64,000 nucleotides of DNA, from the NCBI GenBank assembly GCA_965235115.1, contig OZ249447.1, positions 9,858,001 to 9,922,000 of the forward strand. The letters are read 5' to 3'. Source of the DNA: Laetmonice hystrix (taxonomy: Eukaryota). The translations under genes were made by a program, and so were the position numbers. Under the pieces are notes generated by a model, which saw only the letters and a program-made list of their open reading frames with translations, was not told the origin of the DNA and made no database searches. Positions within the stretch are counted from its first letter, which is position 1. Each line of letters starts with the position of its first letter. Shown one piece after another: positions 1 through 12,300 of the stretch.

Positions 1-56
1 GAGGGAAAAGCTTATGAAGACAACAATAAATACAAGAAGTCGTATGAATGACACAC

Positions 57-320
57 CTCGAGAACGAGAGCCCCGCCAGTGTAAACCTTGGGGAAGTCGG
101 TGAAGTTATTAATGACAGGGTCGGGATAGATGACGAGTTGAGAGTCGACCCAAGGCATGGACCGAGCCAGGTTTGCCACCTCAGTCACATTGTCCATGAC
201 GAACCCCATCTCATACTTGGTACCATCAGATACATCACGTCGCCGACGGGTAGTCCTCAGTAAGTCGCGAATGTCTGGTACTGGACATCTCATGACTGTG
301 TCATTCACCTTCTTACAATG
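57..320 (-). CDS. PLXN: Plexin coding exon 17 (IPT, contains RRRR site), 264 nt, HCKKVNDTVMRCPVP...YPDP...ALVLE
   Basis: TTACAG| acceptor, GAG|GTGTGT donor, phase 0/0; C...N.T.M.C..P, GF.MD.V and YPDP motifs. Confidence 0.93.
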
Positions 321-3300
321 CTGTAATGTCAAGATCTTACCGTAAATATAGATCAAAATAGCTTAACTTGAATCTTTTTAAATTCGAATTTAACGAACTG
401 AAGCAACCTTTCATTAAATAAAGTCATACATAAGTCTGAAATAGGACTTTTGTAAGCAGGTGCACGAAGACACTACCTCAATAACGATGTTCTTGTATAA
501 AAGTTCTTTATTTCAGGTTTAAGAAACTGCACCGAACACTTACTGTGGTTGAATTCATTTCGCCACTTTTGATGAAGAAACCAGGTTTTTGGATGACGTC
601 AAAATAAGTCCCTTCCACAGTTAAAACACGCCCTCCACTGAAACAAATATCATATCAATATGACTCTCACAACGATTCTATGAAATAAAATTTTATTACA
701 ATAAAAAGCTGTATTATCTCCGACTGTAACATTATTGAAATATGGACTTGACCAAATGATATATTATCATTCCAGCGAAGTTAACCAATGAGGAAGTGAC
801 ACGAACCTCCTGTAGGACTCCCTTGGGTAGACATTGGTGATGTTTGGGTTCAGTGTGTAGTTGTATACGACATGTTTCGACTTCAAGTTCCCGTCAAACT
901 TCACCCGGACCCTGTTCGTCGTCCGGGGTCGGTTTACCCTCCTCGTCAAACACGTGATTTTAGTGGCAGAAACTTCCCTAAAATTCAAACATATATTGCA
1001 GTGTCAATAACGGGTTGCGCCTGTGTACGAGCTGTTCCTAATGATTGCCTTCCTGGGACAAGTGGAAGGGAGAAAAAAGGAAAGAAAGAAACTCCAGGAA
1101 CAAATAAAATGGTCACTTCAATTCTGATAGTAGGCCGGTTTAGACGATAGAGGGCGCCTTTACAGGACAGATCTGCCGCTAGAGGGAGTGCCGGATTACA
1201 GGCTCTTTCTGCACAGACGGTAGTTGCGGTAAGATTGTACCCGAGAGTGTGTGTTACTCACTTGTGAAGGATACAAGGGAGCGAGTCAAGGCTGACAAGT
1301 ATTTCTCCGCCCGTGTTGAGGTTCTGGCCGCTAATGGTCACCTCAGTCCCGCCAGCCATCGGTCCGACGGTTGGACTTAGTCCCTCCACCACCGGATCCT
1401 GTCACACAGAAACATAGACACTCTACTCCAACCTATCTCAAGGTTTCACTAACTGACGGTCAGACTTAGTCCCTCCACCACCGGATCCTGTCACACAGAA
1501 ACATAGACACTCTATATACTCCAACCTATCTCAAGGTTTCACTAACTGACGGTCAGACTTAGTCCCTCCACCACCGGGTCCTGTCACACAGAAACATAGA
1601 CACTCTATATACTCCAACCTATCTCAAGGTTTCACTAACTGACGGTGGGACTTAGTCCCTCCACCACCGGGTCCTGTCACACAGAAACATAGACACTCTA
1701 TATACTCCAACCTATCTCAAGGTTTCACTAACTGACGGTGGGACTTAGTCCCTCCACCACCGGGTCCTGTCACACAGAAACATAGACACTCTATATACTC
1801 CAACCTATCTCAAGGTTTCACTAACTGACGGTCAGACTTAGTCCCTCCACCACCGGGTCCTGTCACACAGAAACATAGACACTCTATATACTCCAACCTA
1901 TCTCAAGGTTTCACTAACTGACGGTCAGACTTAGTCCCTCCACCACCGGGTCCTGTCACACAGAAACATAGACACTCTACTCCAACCTATCTCAAGGTTT
2001 CACTAACTGACGGTCTGACTTAGTCCCTCCACCACCGGGTCCTGTCACACAGAAACATAGACACTCTATATACTCCAACCTATCTCAAGGTTTCACTAAC
2101 TGACGGTCAGACTTAGTCCCTCCACCACCGGGTCCTGTCACACAGAAACATAGACACTCTATATACTCCAACCTATCTCAAGGTTTCACTAACTGACGGT
2201 CAGACTTAGTCCCTCCACCACCAGGGTCCTGTCACACAGAAACATAGACACTCTATATACTCCAACCTATCTCAAGGTTTCACTAACTGACGGTGGGACT
2301 TAGTCCCTCCACCACCGGGTCCTGTCACACAGAAACATAGACACTCTATATACTCCAACCTATCTCAAGGTTTCACTAACTGACGGTGGGACTTAGTCCC
2401 TCCACCACCGGGTCCTGTCACACAGAAACATAGACACTATATACTCCAACCTATCTCAAGGTTTCACTAACTGACGGTGGGACTTAGTCCCTCCACCACC
2501 GGATCCTGTCACACAGAAACATAGACACTCTATATACTCCAACCTATCTCAAGGTTTCACTAACTGACGGTGGGACTTAGTCCCTCCACCACCGGGTCCT
2601 GTCACACAGAAACATAGACACTCTATATACTCCAACCTATCTCAAGGTTTCACTAACTGACGGTGGGACTTAGTCCCTCCACCACCGGATCCTGTCACAG
2701 AGAAACATAGACACTCTATATACTCCAACCTATCTCAAGGTTTCACTAACTGACGGTCAGACTTAGTCCCTCCACCACCGGGTCCTGTCACACAGAAACA
2801 TAGACACTCTATATACTCCAACCTATCTCAAGGTTTCACTAACTGACGGTCAGACTTAGTCCCTCCACCACCGGGTCCTGTCACACAGAAACATAGACAC
2901 TCTATATACTCCAACCTATCTCAAGGTTTCACTAACTGACGGTCAGACTTAGTCCCTCCACCACCGGGTCCTCTCACACAGAAACATAGACACTCTATAT
3001 ACTCCAACCTATCTCAAGGTTTCACTAACTGACGGTCAGACTTAGTCCCTCCACCACCGGGTCCTGTCACACAGAAACATAGACACTTATACTCCAACCT
3101 ATCTCAAGGTTTCACTAACTGACGGTCTGATACCCCTCTTCATTAGGACTGCAAGTCATTATTTTACGAGAAAAGAGTTCCCAGTTTACGTACCTGATAT
3201 TGGAAGGATTCAAAGGTAGCATTGGCCGCGCCTATCTTCACAACGATTGGTCCTAACAGTGGTGACGGTACTTTCTCTGTCACACAGACGATCCTACAAA

Positions 3301-6300
3301 TACAGGCAATGTTATCAGCCCAAGATATTATATCTCTTCTGTCTTCACAGAGAGACATACACAGATACAATGCAGAACTTTCGCATGTCTAAATTAAATA
3401 CCATGATTTAGTGTTATGATAAGGGGATAGCCTAGAACGCAGGCACAGTTACATTATTAGAAAGGTTAGTTCAACACTTTGGCGTTTTTGGGAAATTTTG
3501 GGAAATTTTAGGAAATTCTGCGAAATTTCTGAAGTGTACGATTATGTAGGAGACTACCCCTCCGTGGCCCGAGAAGACGGTGCCGTGGGCCGTACTGAGC
3601 ACAGATACTTACTTCCTTGCCGTCTCGTACATGTCCCGGATGGGGTTACACTTGCGGCCGGCGATGAAGATACCGTCCCTGATCTGGTCGAAGTTTGTAC
3701 CCAGGTTAGAACCTGAGATAGTTACGTGGGTACCACCTCCTAACGGACCTGTCAGTGGGTTTACCTGGGTGACACAATCATACCCGTCAACACACAACAT
3801 CTACATTATACACACACCGCGCGTTATCGGTGCGGCATTACATCTTTTTATTTCTTAAGAAATTCAGAGTAGGTAAAAAGGTCGAAGACGAAAAGAGTTA
3901 GCTGCAGTTGTCCTTTAACTGACTGAAGTAGTGATCACAATTCCGGGAGTCCTCCTTTGAATGACCCCCCACATCGGGAGATGTCGGGAGCCCCACTCCA
4001 GAAGTCCCCCTTTAAGATACCGGTGGAGTTAGCATCACTTCAAGAGTCCCCATTTAAGAGACCGGTTGAGTGAGCACCACTCCTAAAGTCCCCCTTTAAG
4101 AGACCGATTGAGTGAACCCACTCCTGAAGTCTCTCTTTAAGAGACATAGTGACCTTACCCCGGTGAGTTGTGGCTGTGGGCAGTTACTAAGCCGGGAGGT
4201 GGCCGTGCAGGTAGTGGAGCCCGGAGCTGTGTACTTGCAGATGTTACCACACCACCGACACTGGTACTCCGGTTCTGTCTGTGCCAGCGAGATACACAAA
4301 CTGCAGTCCTCTCCCATCAGGTCACACTTATAGAACTGGGCTGGAAATATAACACACACATAGTGGTTAGAAACGTCATATACTACACAACCATTAACGC
4401 TATCACACGCTCTCTGGTTTAATACGAATTAAATAGTTTCAGAGGGACACTAAAATTAGGGCCCACCGTAGTCCACCATATTATGTGACGATATAATCCT
4501 GATCGAATATGTAGGAGAAAGCGCACATTACATTGCATAAATTCTCAATACTGAGGCATTCCCTTCCCGTAATTGCCCCCCCCCCCCCCAAAGTATTACA
4601 GATTTTTGAACAATTTGGTTGGACAGAGATCCCTGATGTATACCCTGTCCCAGGTCAGAGGTCAAGGCCGAGTATTCTTACCTTGAACGTCGTTGACGTC
4701 ATCGATGTAGAAACTGCGGTTCCAGATGACGTCGATCTTGCCAGCTTCCTTCTTTTTCCGCCTCATGTAGTCATACTACGGGGGTCACAAATACAAACAC
4801 ACGGAGATCAGCAACATAAGGCTAATGTCTGACACGTGTGTGTTATCAATAAGATTATGCAGTCGTTTGAATGATGCTTTCATTACTCTCTGTTCCTCCC
4901 ACTCCCCCTGTCTCCTTGCCCTTCCCTACCCCTTCCCCCTACCCCCTCCCCCTGCCCCTTCCCCCTACCCCTTCCCCCTGCCCCTTCCCCTATAACCCGT
5001 ACCATGGTAGCGTCGCAGACGATGGTCCTAGCGTTGACGCGGCGTGCCGTGACGTTGACAGGTGGAGTTTGATGATGTATGATACACGTATAACCCGACT
5101 CGTCTGACAGTGGTTCGGGAAGGTTTCGGGCCCTCAGTTTAATCTCCCATTGAATTCCCACAGGTACGAGCAGGTCGGACGTCAGAGGCTCCAAGTGGGG
5201 GCACATCTGACAAAAACAATGAACCAATCATATCTCATCACCGACTGAGACAAAACACAGGACAAAGGATGGCTTCCTGGGTTTCTACACGTGAGGTATT
5301 CGGGCTCTGGATATATTTGTATCTCAACGTCAGATATTCAGATTATAATCCCTTAAGTGTTATACGCATTTCTGTTTATTTTAATACTTGGGATGTTCCT
5401 ATTGCTTCTCTTTGCCAACTACATGAGTGAGATTTGATAATAACTAATGAAATATTCTTACGTTGGTGTCTGAGAATCCTTGGTCGGCCGAGTGCGAACA
5501 CTTATCTTTGACGCTGACACAACCGTTAGAATGTACGCACCAGTTACAGCCCCACTTGGCCATCGTGCATGTCGTACATCTAAACAAAATAAAACACAAC
5601 TTAACTCGGACACGAGAAAGGAGAAGGCTATTTATAATTTGTAACACGGCCACGTGCTATGATTCAGCATTTCGGCCGAGTTGACCTCCTCCAAGGTCAG
5701 AGGGAGGCCAAGCGGCAATCGGACGCTGATTTCAGCGCCACCTAGCGAGCTTACACAAGGTCCGGTGACTATGACAACATGGCGGGCGTGCCCTCCCACC
5801 GTCTGAAGGGGAGAACCTAAATCTGAATAAACAACTTGTATTGACATCCGACCTGGAGTCAGCCGAGACCTGCACACCATTGGAATGTATCTCTCTGATC
5901 AACATCAGCAGATGTAAACGGAATTCACCGACCAGTATCTATACGTGCAACAAAGATAACAGTTGGACTGACTGCATGCTCCAAGTCAGGAGTCGCAATG
6001 ACTGGAGATCTAAATCTCATAGAAAACAGAGGGGCAGAGTTTGGAAGTCTTGACGATATAATACTGATAGTCCTACTTACGACTGATGGCGACTACAATC
6101 ATAGAATGTGAATGTTGTCTGGACGAAGGACATATTGGTGTCAACAGACTTAATCGCAACTGAGACATTGACGTGGTCTGAAACAGAAATATTACTAAGT
6201 GTAAACTCACGTGGAGAAGATATCACACGACTTAAATGATAACATGACTGACATTTGTCGTTTGTAAATAACATGGGGAAATATTAAATAACAGCATTTA

Positions 6301-9300
6301 AAATCAGTCAAGTGTGGGTAAGATAAAGTTCGCTAAATGTTGCCTGACTTAGAGCTGAGAGGACAACATGCCACAACTGACCGTTTCCGTTTCTGACGGG
6401 AGGAATGTGACGTCGTGGCGGCGTTCGACACTTGATGACCTCATTGATGACACTGTCAGCGTTCGTTTCGATGTCGCCGAACATACACACGTAGTTACGT
6501 TCGGTACCATTCGGAAGCTGGTCAATCCTCACGGTCACCTAGGGCAGCAACAACCAACAACATGTCAGCAACATCCAACAACATGTCAGCAACATCCAAC
6601 AACATGTCAGCATTAATTAATGTATTGTTGGGCAAAGGTTTCACGACCATATATTATGTCGTCCTGGGTGTCAGGTTGGTAAGGAGGGAGGCCCCGGTGG
6701 GGGTGGGTTGGGGGTGGGATGGGGGTAGGGGGGTAGGGGGTGAGATTCTTTACCTGCTCCTGCCTGGAGACAGACGCCCTGTCGGGAGTGATTTCCTTGA
6801 TGCGAATGCAGCCCCACGACTTGGGAGACAGCCAGAAGTTTCTCAGTTTAGATTTGGGACATTGCTCCTTGTGAACACATCTGAAAGGAGCAGAAAACGA
6901 CGCTACATGTTACAGATGGATCGATAAGTAATCAGAACCTCCGTCACATCCAGGCACCAGATACTGCTGATCAATACACGAAGACATCAAGAAACTCGCA
7001 GAGCTGGCAAGTAAGGAGAGAGTAGCGACTTACTGCTCAAAAACACCATTAAAAGGGCGTGTTGGAAAATAACAAATTGTCTTCGTAAAACCATTAACTA
7101 AACTGATTGTGCAAAGTGTTATTATAATGACCAAATCCTTATCTGAAACGCAAAAGAAAATTCATCCTTTTTTTACAGTGTTAACCATTTGCTCAATATT
7201 TGCTCCGAGCGCATTGATATTTTTACCAGATTGTTACCGTAAACGTGTGAGACCCGTAGATATTTGGGGTCACTCACCTCCGTTCTAAGGAGCACCATCC
7301 GCAATATGGGTCGTCAGTACTGACGATACACTGGTGGCATTCGGTGTACTTCTCACACTCCGAGACCCGAATTCTGAACAGCTGTAATTAACAAACCAAC
7401 GGTTAACAGCTGTTATTAACAAACCACCGGGTAACAGCTGTAGTTAACAAACCAACCATTTAGGGGCAGGGCTATAGGGATAGGTATAGGCGTCTTTCAA
7501 TATCTTTGGGAGGTCTGGAGACTGGGCGCTTATATAGGGGCAGGGCTAGGGATAGGTATAGGCGTCTTTCAAAATCTTTGGGAGGTCCGGAGACTGGGAG
7601 TAGAGGATAAGATAGGTTCTGGGGTTTCTATTTCTGACTTACCCCCACACATTTTGTGGATCTGTTACCGTGGGGTCTGAGTGAGACCGTTTAGGGATTC
7701 CAACAGTTACCGCCGGTTTGCCGTAAAACCCCGTCAATGTCTGGAATCATGTTAGTACCACTCTCCGATCACATTCTACCTCCATTCTCATCACGCCCTC
7801 GAGACCACAGACCTTTCACCTTTGGAATCACTGATGGAAAACGCTAATTCTGCCACCAGTCTGGAATCACTCATAAATCTCGACTAATGATGGTGAAAAT
7901 ATCGGCAGTCAAGTACTGCTGCTATAAAACATAAGCCGGTGGATGACGGGTAGCGTGAACTGAAGGTCGAATACGGCGGTAAGTCTTCACGGTACGGAAT
8001 GCCAACACACCTCGGCACCCCCGGCACCCCCGGCACCCCCCGGCACCCCCTACACGTATTGATCACCATACAAACACCCTCCCGTCCCTCACGGCAAATT
8101 TCCGGCCTGGATTTCGGAGATACCTTCCATGGGAGTGAAACGGTCGCGGACAGAGAGCCCGCAGGAAATTGAGGGCATTCTTCACCATCGGTGTTTTATA
8201 CGTAAATGGCGACGTGGTAATTGAAAAGCTATGGCCAGAAATAAATGGTACGTTGATAGAGAAATATAAAGGCCCGAGTTGTTGAGTAATGGTGATTGGA
8301 TATTTACAGCGCCACCTGGAGGGGAGGTGTTAATGCTATCACCGTCATCACGACCACCGCCGGCCAGTCGATCGATGGAAATCTAAGGAGTCATTATATT
8401 ATTCAAATCTTGCCAACTCAAGACGAAGTGGACCATTTCGTGGGTGATGGCACCAGTTGCTGGCGATTTCTCGAGTCGTCTGGGGAATGCAACATTACGT
8501 CAAACTGTGCCCGTCACACGCAGAGCCACATTCTTCATGGCACTAACATGGTTTTTGTGCCCAGGAATGAACTTTTTTATGCAGGTCGTTTTATGCAGGT
8601 CGACCCACTCCATTAGGACTACCCTTATGATAACCTTTACTGATTTTCAGCTAACCTTTCTCGGGTGACTTTTAAAGCTACAAATTCATGCTGCAGCATT
8701 AATGAGAAGTGGCTTTTTGAAACCACAGTCCCTGCTCTGACCTTGCGTTAGGTTTCATTCTCAACAAAACAACCCCAGGTGTGAGTGACGACGTGATGTG
8801 TCGATCCTGTTCATAAACTTTGTCTTTCTTATGCTTGCGTAGTTTTGTTTAAACTGGTCTGCTTGTTCAGTGTAAATTAAGCATCAATACTGGTTCTCAA
8901 ATTACGTTTGCTCCATCAGCAAACACGAATGTCGAGGACATCATTTTAACACTGCCATGGCTAGAATCACTTTTGTTTCAGTTAATATTAATATTGTATC
9001 GTGGATACAATAACGGTAAGATTTCTTAGAGAGCCTTGCCGAACTTCTTATGTACCATAATCAGATGCAGAAACTTGAGAAGATGAGGGAATCTTCTTCA
9101 TCGGGATGTTTTCACGCCAGCAATCTTCGTAACAAATAACATTCTGTGAAATTAAATTATCAACGATGAGCGCCCCACACTGAGCAAGACAACGCCGCCG
9201 GTTGTTTCCCGATAAAACACAAAGTATTTGAGATCAAACCTGACTTTGTTTACTCCAGCCTGCACAGTAAACAGACAGCAATTAAAGAGTCTAGCCTCAA

Positions 9301-12300
9301 CTCCTTATCGTCATGAATCGCCCTGGGACGAACGCTCCGAGATCTGACAGACCGACGTCATCAAAGGACCGAGTCAGATTTGGATTTCACTGTTTTACGT
9401 GGCCGGTCACGTCATCCAAACGCCATGGCCATCACATTTCGGCATGTTATTGACAATGAACACGGTCGGTCTCGCAGACATAACTGCCTGTAATCATAAC
9501 TTTCAAAAGGTTTCTTGAAAACTTTGGAGGCGCTTTTGTTCTTCAGCGCGAATAAGATCTGCATAGATTAATCTAAGATGATGTCTTGGAATTTAATTTG
9601 GCGCTCCTACTTTCTTCAGCTAAATACGTCCTCCCAAACATGGTGTTAACGGCCGGGGAAAGGGGGACAGTTTGATTGGTTGGGGGAAACCGGAGAACCG
9701 GGGAAAACACCTACCATCAGCAGGTAATTGAAAAACATGTGAGAGCTTACCTTACGGCGGGTCATGACATAGATGTGGGTGTTGTTGGGGTCAAATCGGA
9801 TGTCGGGTAGGATGGGTTTGTTGTCTATGGCGATATCGCTGTACTCCCGCGCGCCCATTCCATCCCGCTGCAGTACGATCTGCGGGTCCAAAAATCACTT
9901 CAACATCCTACTACCAGATAGATAGCCGCACCGAAAAGATTCTTAACAAATTACTTCGAGCAAAAAAACCTGAGCCCCCATACCATCTCAGTGCAGCATG
10001 ACCTGTGGGCCACACAATACTATCTGTTAAACACCCGTCAATATATTGCAACTTATCGACACCCAGGCCCAAATAAATATGAATTAGAGGCAGTTGATCA
10101 AGGCGCTGCTATTTTTGGAAAGACACTCAAATATCCCTGGATTTATAGGATATTATTTATTCTACATACAGAGTAGGAGAGTAATTCCCATGCTTTATAT
10201 TGTGTTGGTTAACACACGGAGTATAGAGTCGGAGTCGAGACAGGGAACCCAGACGGGGCCCAGCTGGTGAGCAATAAAACATCTCACAGGAGGAGAGTGG
10301 AGAGTAGGTTACACCTAGAGCAGACGAGTTGATGGAATGTCGAGAACAGCGAGCGCAGGCAAGTAGATGGAATGGCGAGAACAGCGAGCGCAGGCAAGTA
10401 GATAGAATGGCGGGAACAGCGAATGCAGGCAGGTAGATAGAAGGGCGAGAACAGCGAAGAAAATGGGAGAGTGCAGGCAGGTAGATAGAATGGCCAGAAC
10501 AGCGAAGAAAATGGGAGAGTGCAGGCAGGTAGATAGAAGGGCGAGAACAGCGAAGAAAAAAAGCAGGTAAGAGTGAAAGCAGGTAGGAGGTAACAGCTTA
10601 GGCAAGTAAATGGAACAGCTGTAGGTATAAAAGGTAGATNNNNNNNNNNNNNNNNNNNNNNNNNNNNNNNNNNNNNNNNNNNNNNNNNNNNNNNNNNNNN
10701 NNNNNNNNNNNNNNNNNNNNNNNNNNNNNNNNNNNNNNNNNNNNNNNNNNNNNNNNNNNNNNNNNNNNNNNNNNNNNNNNNNNNNNNNNNNNNNNNNNNN
10801 NNNNNNNNNNNNNNNNNNNNNNNNNNNNNNNNNNNNNNNNNNNNNNNNNNNNNNNNNNNNNNNNNNNNNNNNNNNNNNNNNNNNNNNNNNNNNNNNNNNN
10901 NNNNNNNNNNNNNNNNNNNATAGAGAAGGAAATATACGCCCCGGGTGATGGTCGAAGGGCTAGCGCGTCGGAGTTGTGCGGGAATCACTTAGAGTATCTT
11001 TACTGTCGGAAACAGTTAGAGTATTGTGGACTTGTAAAATAAATAGTTGAAATCAACCATATATGAGACTCTACTGATTTCCCCAAATCGACTTCAGGAG
11101 CTAGCTACCCATTAGTGTGTTGGGACTCGTTACAAGTACCTCTCGTAATTATCGAACAACTACTTAATCGTGGCGTAAGCCTGGTGGAGAATTACCCGAG
11201 TATTTGAGACGAACCTTTTTAAGATGTCCAGTATAGGTTCCGAGGAAGGCAACCGTATGCTCTTCAATGACAGACATGGCGACGGCTGTGATGTTCACAT
11301 CGTTGTAGGTGAGCACAGGATTCGAGAACAGAGACAGGTTACCCTCGACTGGCGTGTTTATCTCAGAGTCGGCACCGCAAAAATCTTCTGTAATGGTCAC
11401 TTTCTGTAAAATCATCCGAATGGAATGGTTCAAATACACACAGGACTCCATATTAGGCAATGACCTTCACTGGATGACTTGCGAGACTCGATCCTGTTAG
11501 TTTAATGTAGTTTTTGTTCCTAATCTTGTCTATCGCTGAAAAGGCTATTACTAGCATTAGCAATCTGTCTGGGAATGAAACAGAGATTAAGAGTGCTTTA
11601 TTTTCTGATCCGTTCATTCATAATAACATTACTTCTATTTCATCCCAAAGAAAGCCTTAAATCTTTGATATTTTCTTAGGTTATTCCTTCTTGCTTGACT
11701 TACCTTATCAACGTCACAAAACATGGTCTCGGTGGTGAGGTACTTGATGATTCCCCCTCGACCCTGGTAACATTCCCGGATGTTCTGTGTAAACTTTTGA
11801 CGGATGTCTTTGAACGAGTACAGACAAACTCCTGAGTTGTTCTGGACATTGTCGGGGCCCGTTCCTTCCGAGAATGTGGCTACGAGTACCTGGTCTCTGG
11901 AGGAGATCCCCATCTGAGACGCTAACACCCGGCCAGGTCTCCCGACCACCGCCGCCTTCAGGATATTGTAGTTTTTGTTTCCACCTTGACATTCTAACGG
12001 CATCTCGACGTACGACCTAAACTTATTGTCTCGTCCGCAAACCTGACTGATTTTAGAAATGTATTCGTTCGTAATTGAATCGCTGTTCATCTTTCTCTGC
12101 ACAGTTAGGAAATAATTGAAGGCTCCGACGGCAAAGCCGGCGACGTAATGCACCTTGTATACATCCTGGTAGCTGGATTTCACCATGAGAAACGAGCCAT
12201 AGGCATCGAATGGATTGGTGTAGGTAAAAGTTAACGTGTTACCAGTGAGGACCCGACTGGCCACACCTATAGCCCGGGCATAATGCTGGGAGGATACGGT

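Noticed and set aside
1366-3130. Regular repeat array considered as CRISPR-like
   Set aside because: Head-to-tail units with no unique spacers, no cas genes, inside a spliceosomal intron. The same applies to all other arrays.
10284-10988. 234-aa ORF spanning the N gap
   Set aside because: Artefact of unknown bases plus low-complexity repeat.
11635-11703. C-terminal tail of the 454-aa ORF (VSQARRNNLRKYQRFKAFFGMK)
   Set aside because: Intron read-through past the AAG|GTAAGT donor, not coding. The same applies to Met-started leaders and tails of the other plexin exon ORFs.
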